DNA of 22,812 nucleotides from a virus (Duplodnaviria; Heunggongvirae; Uroviricota; Caudoviricetes): IMG/VR virus record IMGVR_UViG_2563367158_000003; one strand, 5' to 3'. Shown piece by piece: positions 16,780 to 22,812 of this stretch (position 1 is its first letter; each line of letters starts with the position of its first letter). The notes under the pieces were generated by a model. It saw only the letters and a program-made list of their open reading frames with translations, ran no database searches and was not told where the DNA came from. The position numbers and the translations under genes were made by a program.

Positions 16780-16995
16780 ATGACGCTTGAGCGAATCAGC
16801 GCCTTTATCACGTACTGCATCGCCGTTGTGCTGGCCTGGCTGGGCGATTTGTCCATCAAGGATGCCTCAACGCTGGGCGGCCTGATGATTGGTGTGCTGA
16901 TGCTGGCTATCAACTGGTACTACAAACACAAAGCCTACCAGCTTCTGCGCGACGGGCAGATCTCGCGGGAGGACTATGAATCCATCAATCGTTAA
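16780..16995 (+). CDS. Holin, two transmembrane segments (pinholin-like)
   Basis: 71 aa with two hydrophobic helices (ISAFITYCIAVVLAWL; LGGLMIGVLMLAINWYY) and a charged C-terminus; immediately upstream of the endolysin gene. Confidence 0.7.
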   Translation: MTLERISAFITYCIAVVLAWLGDLSIKDASTLGGLMIGVLMLAINWYYKHKAYQLLRDGQISREDYESINR

Positions 16996-17488
16996 ACGCT
17001 GCCTTGTCGGGGCCGTGCTGGCTATTGCTGCCACGCTGCCGGGTTTTCAGCAGCTTCACACCTCCGTGGAAGGGCTGAAACTGATTGCCGATTACGAAGG
17101 TTGTCGTCTGCAGCCGTATCAGTGCAGCGCGGGTGTCTGGACCGACGGCATTGGTAATACGTCGGGCGTCATTCCCGGCAAAACCATTACGGAGCGACAG
17201 GCAGCAGAAGGGCTGATCTCCAACGTGCTGCGTGTGGAGCGGGCGCTGGAAAGGTGTGTGAAGCAACAGCCGCCGCAGAAGGTGTATGACGCGGCGGTGT
17301 CGTTTGCCTTCAACGTGGGTACGGGCAATGCCTGCAGTTCCACGCTGGTGAAATTGCTCAATCAGCGGCGCTGGGCGGATGCGTGCCGACAGTTGCCGCG
17401 CTGGGTTTATGTGAAAGGTGTTTTTAATCAGGGGCTGGATAACCGCCGTGCGCGGGAGATGGCCTGGTGTTTACAGGGAGCAAACTGA
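16976..17488 (+). CDS. Endolysin, lysozyme-like muramidase with an N-terminal signal-anchor-release (SAR) segment
   Basis: 170 aa; N-terminal hydrophobic stretch (LVGAVLAIAATLPGF) followed by a T4-lysozyme-like catalytic region (EGLKLIADYEG ... GVWTDGIGNT); strong RBS (GGGAGGA). Confidence 0.85.
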   Translation: MNPSIVKRCLVGAVLAIAATLPGFQQLHTSVEGLKLIADYEGCRLQPYQCSAGVWTDGIGNTSGVIPGKTITERQAAEGLISNVLRVERALERCVKQQPPQKVYDAAVSFAFNVGTGNACSSTLVKLLNQRRWADACRQLPRWVYVKGVFNQGLDNRRAREMAWCLQGAN

Positions 17489-17489
17489 A

Positions 17490-17867
17490 ATGAAAAAGAA
17501 ATTAATCAGCGGACTGTTTCTGATGTTATGGATGGCGCTGTTAATCGCAGCAATTGTGTATCCGCAGGGGATTTTTCCGGTACTGGCAGCGTCCGGCGTT
17601 TGGGTAGCCTGTTTGCTGACATGGGCGGTAATTCCGGTAGCACTGGCTGCGTTAATTAAGAATGGCCCGCTCTGGCAGGAGTTAAGGGCATCTTTGCTGA
17701 AGACAACTACCCGAAAAGAAAACGTATTTACCAGTTGGGTGATGCGATTGCTGATTGTTGTAAGTCTCGCCTGGACGGGGTGGGCTATTACCCTGGTCTT
17801 TTATCTACTGACCGTTATTGCCTTCTGGATCACCCGTAATCAGATGGCGCAACAGGTAGCAGCATGA
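17490..17867 (+). CDS. lysA: LysA-like membrane protein (lysis timing), about four TM helices
   Basis: ATG at 17490 preceded by GGGAG; about 125 aa, almost entirely hydrophobic helices; position matches P2 lysA. Confidence 0.65.
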   Translation: MKKKLISGLFLMLWMALLIAAIVYPQGIFPVLAASGVWVACLLTWAVIPVALAALIKNGPLWQELRASLLKTTTRKENVFTSWVMRLLIVVSLAWTGWAITLVFYLLTVIAFWITRNQMAQQVAA

Positions 17868-18292
17868 ACCGGTTGCTGCTGGTTGTGCTGGCGTTATTAC
17901 TGGCGGCGCTGGGCTGGCAGACGTGGCGGCTGGCTGATGCCAGCCAGACCATCAGCACGCAGGCAGACGAGCTGCAGAGCAAAAGTCAGGCACTGGCAAA
18001 GAGCAACAGCCAGCTTATCAGCCTGTCCATTCTGACTGAAACTAATAACCGGGAGCAGGCGCGGCTCTATGCCGAAGCAGAACAGACCAGCGCACAGCTG
18101 AGACAACGACAACGCCGGATCGAGGAACTGAAACGTGAGAACGAGGATTTACGCCGCTGGGCTGATACTCCTTTGCCTGCTGACATTATCCGGCTGCGGG
18201 AACGTCCGGCACTCACCGGAGGTGCAGCTTACCGTCAGTGGTTGTCCGCGAGTGACGCCGTGTCGGCTGGATCAGACAGCGCCGCGCACTAA
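17864..18292 (+). CDS. lysB: LysB, Rz-like inner-membrane spanin
   Basis: 142 aa; N-terminal TM anchor (LLLVVLALLLAALGW) followed by a charged, coiled-coil-like region; ATGA overlap with lysA. Confidence 0.7.
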   Translation: MNRLLLVVLALLLAALGWQTWRLADASQTISTQADELQSKSQALAKSNSQLISLSILTETNNREQARLYAEAEQTSAQLRQRQRRIEELKRENEDLRRWADTPLPADIIRLRERPALTGGAAYRQWLSASDAVSAGSDSAAH

Positions 18293-18425
18293 CGGTGATC
18301 TGAACGCATTGCTGGATGAAACGGAGGCCGCCTGGGCGGTCTGTGCAGACAAAGTGGACATGATTATTGCGTGTCAGGAGCGAAACAGTGAACAAACCAC
18401 AATCCCTGCGCCACGCCCTCAATAA
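18135..18425 (+). CDS. lysC: LysC, Rz1-like outer-membrane lipoprotein spanin, embedded out of frame in lysB
   Basis: GTG start at 18135; lipoprotein signal ending in lipobox LSGC; begins inside lysB in another frame and runs into R, the P2-type embedded/overlapping spanin arrangement. Exact start and end uncertain. Confidence 0.5.
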   Translation: MRTRIYAAGLILLCLLTLSGCGNVRHSPEVQLTVSGCPRVTPCRLDQTAPRTNGDLNALLDETEAAWAVCADKVDMIIACQERNSEQTTIPAPRPQ

Positions 18426-18819
18426 AGCGGTGCCTTATGTCCGCAATAACCCGGACAAACTGCATCTGTTTGTGGATAACGGTTCGCTGGTTGCCACGGG
18501 GGCCAGCTCCATGTCGTGGGAGTACCGTTACACACTGAACGCGGTGATTGAGGATTTCAGCGGCGACCAGAATCTGCTGATGGCCCCGGTTTTGCTGTGG
18601 CTGAGGGATAACCAGCCCGATGCCATCAATAACCCGGCGTTACGGGAAAAGCTATTCACCTTTGAGGTGGATATTCTGCGCAACGATGTCTGTGATATCA
18701 GCCTGAACCTGCAACTGACGGAACGTGTGCTGGTCAGCACTGACGGCAGTGTGTCGAGCGTTGAAGCTATAGCGGAACCTGATGCACCTGAAGAAATGTG
18801 GACGGTGAAACGTGGCTGA
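18388..18819 (+). CDS. R: Tail completion protein R (P2 gpR family)
   Basis: GTG at 18388 with AGGAG 7 nt upstream, giving MNKPQSLRHAL..., matching the P2 gpR N-terminal pattern as recalled; the track's TTG start at 18367 is less likely. Confidence 0.8.
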   Translation: MNKPQSLRHALNKAVPYVRNNPDKLHLFVDNGSLVATGASSMSWEYRYTLNAVIEDFSGDQNLLMAPVLLWLRDNQPDAINNPALREKLFTFEVDILRNDVCDISLNLQLTERVLVSTDGSVSSVEAIAEPDAPEEMWTVKRG

Positions 18820-19258
18820 ACTGCAGAAGGTGGACGACTGGCTGAGTGCCTTGCTGGCGAATCTGGAACCAGCCTCGAGAAGCCGCATGATGCGCCAGCT
18901 GGCGCAGGAACTTCGCCGGACACAGCAGCAGAATATCAGGATGCAGCGCAACCCTGACGGCAGCAGCTATGAACCGCGACGGGTAACAGCACGCAGTAAA
19001 AAAGGCCGTATCAAACGTCAGATGTTTGCAAAGCTGCGCACCACAAAATACCTGAAAACTGCCGCCAGCGCCGACTCTGCCAGCGTACAGTTTGAAGGCA
19101 AGGTGCAGCGTATTGCCCGTGTTCACCATTACGGCCTGCGTGATCGCGTCAGTCGCAAAGGACCGGAGGTCCGTTACGCAGAGCGCCGCCTGCTGGGTGT
19201 AAATGATGATGTTGAGGCAATGACCCGCGACATGATTCTGCAATGGCTGGCGGGGTGA
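18812..19258 (+). CDS. S: Tail completion protein S (P2 gpS family)
   Basis: 148 aa; GTG start overlapping the R stop; conserved position. Confidence 0.8.
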   Translation: MAELQKVDDWLSALLANLEPASRSRMMRQLAQELRRTQQQNIRMQRNPDGSSYEPRRVTARSKKGRIKRQMFAKLRTTKYLKTAASADSASVQFEGKVQRIARVHHYGLRDRVSRKGPEVRYAERRLLGVNDDVEAMTRDMILQWLAG

Positions 19259-19262
19259 TCTT

Positions 19263-19280
19263 TGTATCAGCACTGATACA
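19263..19280. promoter_or_regulatory. Perfect TGT-N12-ACA palindrome (TGTATCAGCACTGATACA), candidate late promoter element for the V operon
   Basis: Perfect 18 bp dyad read directly from the sequence in the S-V intergenic region, about 45-65 nt upstream of the V start. Confidence 0.55.
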
Positions 19281-19326
19281 AGTTGCAGCACTGCCGCCTT
19301 TCTTCCCCTGATGGCAACCTTTCCCT

Positions 19327-19905
19327 ATGAACGCACAATTAACCGAAATCATGCGCCTTATCACCAACCTGATCCGCACAGGGGTAGTCACCGAAGTGGA
19401 CAGGGAAAACTGGCTTTGCCGGGTGAAAACGGGCGAGCTTGAAACCAACTGGATTAGCTGGCTGACGCTGCGTGCCGGGAATGCCCGTACATGGTGGCGA
19501 CCATCGGAAGGTGAGCAGGTGGTGCTGCTGAGTCTGGGCGGCAATCTGGAAACCGCCTTTGCGCTGCCCGCTGTCTATTCGAATCAGTTCGCACCACCGT
19601 CGACATCGGCGGACGCCTGCGTGACAGAACATCCTGACGGTGGCTGGTTTGAATACGAACCCGCCACCGGGCGCTGGTATGTCAGGGGCATCAAATCAAT
19701 GGTCATTGAAGCTGCTGACAACATCACCATGAAAACCAGTGAGTTTGTACTGGAGGCTGACCGCACGCGCATTAACAGCGAAGTGGTGATCAATGGTGGC
19801 GTTACCCAGGGCGGCGGAGCGATGAGTTCTAACGGGATCGTGGTTGATGCGCATCAGCATACTGGCGTCCTGAAAGGCGGCGATACAACCGGAGGCCCGG
19901 TATGA
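19327..19905 (+). CDS. V: Baseplate spike/assembly protein V (P2 gpV family)
   Basis: 192 aa; position and glycine-rich C-terminus (GGVTQGGGAMSSNG...) typical of gpV. Confidence 0.85.
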   Translation: MNAQLTEIMRLITNLIRTGVVTEVDRENWLCRVKTGELETNWISWLTLRAGNARTWWRPSEGEQVVLLSLGGNLETAFALPAVYSNQFAPPSTSADACVTEHPDGGWFEYEPATGRWYVRGIKSMVIEAADNITMKTSEFVLEADRTRINSEVVINGGVTQGGGAMSSNGIVVDAHQHTGVLKGGDTTGGPV

Positions 19906-20261
19906 CGCTTTATAGCGGGATGAACAATACCAGCGGCAAAGTCATTACTGATATTGATCATCTGCGCCAGTCGGTGCGGGACATTCTGCTGACACCGCAG
20001 GGTAGCCGTATTGCCCGCCGGGAATATGGTTCCCTGCTGTCGGCACTGATAGATCAGCCACAAAATCCGGCATTACGCCTGCAGGTCATGTCGGCAGTGT
20101 ATGTGGCGCTGAGTCGCTGGGAGCCACGGTTGACGCTGGATTCCATCACCATCAACAGCAACTTTGACGGTTCAATGGTGGTGGAGCTGACCGGGCGGCG
20201 GAATAACGGTGTGCCTGTGTCCCTTTCCGTATCAACAGGAGCAGAGAATGGCAGTGATTGA
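19902..20261 (+). CDS. W: Baseplate protein W (gp25-like)
   Basis: 119 aa; ATGA overlap with V; conserved position. Confidence 0.85.
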   Translation: MTLYSGMNNTSGKVITDIDHLRQSVRDILLTPQGSRIARREYGSLLSALIDQPQNPALRLQVMSAVYVALSRWEPRLTLDSITINSNFDGSMVVELTGRRNNGVPVSLSVSTGAENGSD

Positions 20262-21156
20262 CCTTTCGCAGTTGCCTGCACCGCAGATTGTGGATGTGCC
20301 GGACTTTGAGACGCTGCTTGCCGAACGCAAGGCAGAATTTGTGGCGCTTCATCCGAAAGATGAGCAGGAAGCAGTGATCCGCACGCTGGAACTGGAATCT
20401 GAACCCGCCACTAAATTGTTGCAGGAGAACGCTTACCGTGAGTTGCTTCTGCGCCAGCGCATTAACGAAGCCGCGCAGGCGGTGATGGTGGCTTACGCGA
20501 TGGGCGGCGATCTTGACCAGCTCGCTGCCAACTACAACGTGACACGCCTGACGGTGACGCCTGCTGATAATGATGCTGTGCCGCCCGTTGCAGCTGTGAT
20601 GGAAAGCGATGAAGCGTTGCGCCTGCGTGTGCCTGCAGCCTTTGAAGGGCTTTCTGTTGCGGGGCCAACTGCAGCTTATGAATTTCATGCCCGAAGCGCC
20701 GACGGTCGGGTGGCGGATGCCAGTGCAACCAGCCCGGCACCTGCAGAGGTGGTGCTGACTGTCCTTAGCCGCGAAGGCGATGGAACTGCAGAAAAAGACC
20801 TGCTGGACGTGGTGGAAAAAGCTCTGAACAGTGAGAACGTCCGCCCGGTGGCTGACCGTCTTACGGTTCGCAGCGCAGAAATCATCCCGTATCGCGTGGA
20901 AGCCACCATTTTTCTCTATCCTGGACCGGAAGCAGAGCCGGTAATGGCAGCGGCAAAAGCCAGCCTGCAGAAGTACATCGCCAGTCAGACGCGTCTTGGT
21001 CGGGATATTCGCCGTAGCGCCATCTTTGCCGCCCTGCATGTTGAGGGGGTGCAGCGTGTGGAGCTGGCTTCTCCTCTGGCGGATGTGGTCCTGAACAAAA
21101 CACAGGCGGCATCATGTACGCAGTGGAGCGTAACCAACGGAGGAACGGATGAATAG
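20248..21156 (+). CDS. J: Baseplate protein J (P2 gpJ family)
   Basis: ATG at 20248 with AGGAG RBS, giving 302 aa (the P2 gpJ length); the track's longer ORF from 20209 starts upstream of the RBS. Confidence 0.88.
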   Translation: MAVIDLSQLPAPQIVDVPDFETLLAERKAEFVALHPKDEQEAVIRTLELESEPATKLLQENAYRELLLRQRINEAAQAVMVAYAMGGDLDQLAANYNVTRLTVTPADNDAVPPVAAVMESDEALRLRVPAAFEGLSVAGPTAAYEFHARSADGRVADASATSPAPAEVVLTVLSREGDGTAEKDLLDVVEKALNSENVRPVADRLTVRSAEIIPYRVEATIFLYPGPEAEPVMAAAKASLQKYIASQTRLGRDIRRSAIFAALHVEGVQRVELASPLADVVLNKTQAASCTQWSVTNGGTDE

Positions 21157-21754
21157 TCTGCTGCCACCGGGTTCAACACCACTGGAGCGCCGACTGGCGC
21201 AAACCTGCAGCGGGATTTCTGATCTGCAGGTGCCGCTTCGTGACTTGTGGAATCCGGCAACCTGTCCGGTCAGTTTCCTGCCTTATCTCGCCTGGGCGTT
21301 CTCTGTGGATCGCTGGGACGAGGGCTGGACAGAAAGCGTCAAGCGCCAGGTGGTGAAGGATGCTTTTTATATTCATCAGCATAAAGGGACCACCAGTGCC
21401 GTGCGGCGGGTGGTGGAGCCGTTCGGATTCCTGATCCGCATTATTGAGTGGTGGCAGACCGGAGAAACACCGGGCACGTTTCGCCTGGATATCGGCGTGC
21501 AGGACCAGGGCATCACTGAAGATACCTATCTGGAACTTGAGCGACTGATAAGCGATGCCAAACCATGTAGCCGCCACATGATCGGCATGTCCATCAATCT
21601 GCAGACCAGCGGCCCGCATTGGGTGGGAGCCGCCAGCTATCTTGGCGAAGAAATCACGATCTATCCGTATATCAACGAAACGATTATTTCCGGTGGCACC
21701 GCGCATGAAGGCGGGGCGGTCCATGTTATTGACACAATGAGAGTGAATCCATGA
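21149..21754 (+). CDS. I: Baseplate/tail protein I (P2 gpI family)
   Basis: 201 aa; GGAGGAA RBS; overlaps the J end; conserved position. Confidence 0.8.
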   Translation: MNSLLPPGSTPLERRLAQTCSGISDLQVPLRDLWNPATCPVSFLPYLAWAFSVDRWDEGWTESVKRQVVKDAFYIHQHKGTTSAVRRVVEPFGFLIRIIEWWQTGETPGTFRLDIGVQDQGITEDTYLELERLISDAKPCSRHMIGMSINLQTSGPHWVGAASYLGEEITIYPYINETIISGGTAHEGGAVHVIDTMRVNP

Positions 21755-22812
21755 GCACAAAATTTTATACCCTGCTGACGGATATTGGCGCGGCGAAACT
21801 TGCCAGCGCCGCCGCGCTCGGTGTGCCGCTAAAAATTACCCATATGGCGGTGGGCGATGGCGGTGGAGTATTGCCAACGCCGGACGCAAAGCAGACGGCA
21901 CTGGTAAATGAGAAACGCCGGGCTGCGCTGAATATGCTTTATATCGACCCGCAGAACAGCAGCCAGATTATTGCCGAACAGGTGATCCCTGAAAACGAGG
22001 GCGGTTGGTGGATACGTGAAGTGGGCTTGTTTGATGAGTCCGGGGCATTGATTGCCGTGGGCAACTGCCCGGAAAGCTATAAGCCGCAACTGGCTGAAGG
22101 TAGCGGGCGCACTCAGACCGTGCGCATGGTGCTGATTACCAGCAGCACGGACAATATCACCCTGAAAATCGATCCTGCTGTAGTGCTGGCAACCCGCAAG
22201 TATGTGGATGACAAGGCACTGGAGCTGAAGGTGTACGCGGATGATCAGATGGCAAAACATCTTGCCGCACCGGACCCGCATTCACAGTACGCGCCAAAAG
22301 CCAGCCCGACATTTACCGGAACCCCCAAAGCGCCAACGCCAGCGGCGGGGAATAATACCACGCAGGTTGCGACCACTGCGTTTGTACAGGCGGCACTGAC
22401 GGCCCTTATTAATGGTGCACCAGCCACGCTGGACACGCTGAAAGAAATAGCCGCAGCCATTAACAATGATCCGAATTTCAGTACCACCATTAACAGTGCG
22501 CTGGCACTAAAAGCACCGTTGTCGAGTCCGGCACTCACCGGAACGCCAACAGCCCCCACGGCGGCGCAGTCGGTCAACAATACACAGATTGCCACTACGG
22601 CTTTTGTGAAATCGGCGATTGCAGGAATGGTGGGTTCTGCACCTGCTGCACTGGATACACTGAACGAACTGGCGGCGGCACTCGGGAATGATCCGAACTT
22701 TGCCACGACAATGCTTAATGCGCTGGCAGGTAAACAACCGCTGGACAATACGCTTACCAATTTGAGTGGAAAGGATGTAGCTGGTCTTCTCACATACCTT
22801 GGTTTGGGAGAA
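21751..22812 (+). CDS. H: Tail fibre protein H, 5' portion (runs off the window end)
   Basis: ATG at 21751 overlapping the I stop (ATGA); open in this frame to the window end; not in the ORF track because no stop is reached. Conserved tail-fibre N-terminus and internal fibre repeats. Confidence 0.85.
   Translation, partial: MSTKFYTLLTDIGAAKLASAAALGVPLKITHMAVGDGGGVLPTPDAKQTALVNEKRRAALNMLYIDPQNSSQIIAEQVIPENEGGWWIREVGLFDESGALIAVGNCPESYKPQLAEGSGRTQTVRMVLITSSTDNITLKIDPAVVLATRKYVDDKALELKVYADDQMAKHLAAPDPHSQYAPKASPTFTGTPKAPTPAAGNNTTQVATTAFVQAALTALINGAPATLDTLKEIAAAINNDPNFSTTINSALALKAPLSSPALTGTPTAPTAAQSVNNTQIATTAFVKSAIAGMVGSAPAALDTLNELAAALGNDPNFATTMLNALAGKQPLDNTLTNLSGKDVAGLLTYLGLGE
22306..22740 (+). 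repeat. Two tandem copies of a roughly 220 nt (about 74 aa) unit inside the tail-fibre gene
   Basis: Units beginning near 22310 and 22530 share the pattern ...TGTP-AP...NNTQ-ATTAFV...AP-A-LDTL-E-AAA-NDPNF-TT...; visible at both DNA and protein level. Confidence 0.6.

Larger units (their letters stand above)
1..22812. mobile_element. P2/186-family temperate phage (prophage) segment: integration/immunity, early replication, SOS operon, cargo hotspot with cos, head, lysis and baseplate/tail genes
   Basis: Gene order int-cI | apl-cII-...-A | Q,P | O,N,M,L,X,lysis,R,S,V,W,J,I,H matches the P2/186 layout; translations recognisable for integrase, replication protein A, portal, terminase, capsid and baseplate proteins. 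No attachment site or host flank is visible at either window edge. Confidence 0.9.

Noticed and set aside
20152-21039. 295 aa minus-strand ORF antisense to baseplate gene J (and similar ORFs 20462-20740, 20685-20909, 20882-21115)
   Set aside because: Embedded antisense in a conserved structural gene; the translation is Cys/His/Arg-rich low-complexity, typical of a spurious frame.
21829-22793. Minus-strand ORFs (21829-22281, 22245-22793, 22507-22737) across the tail-fibre region
   Set aside because: The plus-strand frame from ATG 21751 is open to the window end and encodes recognisable tail-fibre repeats; the minus-strand ORFs are low-complexity Ala/Gly/Cys-rich translations of the reverse strand.
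1-22812. CRISPR arrays, tRNA/tmRNA genes, IS elements or transposases
   Set aside because: No regularly spaced short direct repeats, no tRNA-like sequence, and no transposase-like ORF or terminal inverted repeats were seen anywhere in the window.

Overview
The whole window reads as one contiguous piece of a P2/186-family temperate phage (prophage) of an enterobacterial host; family assignments are from reading the translations, with no database search run. Left to right: an AT-rich membrane-protein gene immediately downstream of int; the tyrosine integrase and a CI-type repressor on the minus strand; a lysis/lysogeny switch with a strong rightward promoter; a rightward early operon (Apl/Cox-like, CII-like, three small ORFs, TraR/DksA zinc finger, Dam methyltransferase, rolling-circle replication protein A); a LexA-boxed SOS operon (tum-like ORF plus DinI-like ORF); a cargo hotspot holding an AT-rich HNH-nuclease-domain gene, a terminator, a cos-like sequence and a second AT-rich orphan gene; then the conserved late genes Q and P (minus strand) and O, N, M, L, X, holin, SAR-type endolysin, lysA, lysB/lysC, R, S, V, W, J, I and the start of tail-fibre gene H. 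The most interesting candidates are the two AT-rich cargo genes flanking cos (8629-9348 and 9769-10440) and the AT-rich membrane-protein gene next to int (1-1098); none can be assigned a function from sequence alone. GC content was judged by eye only.
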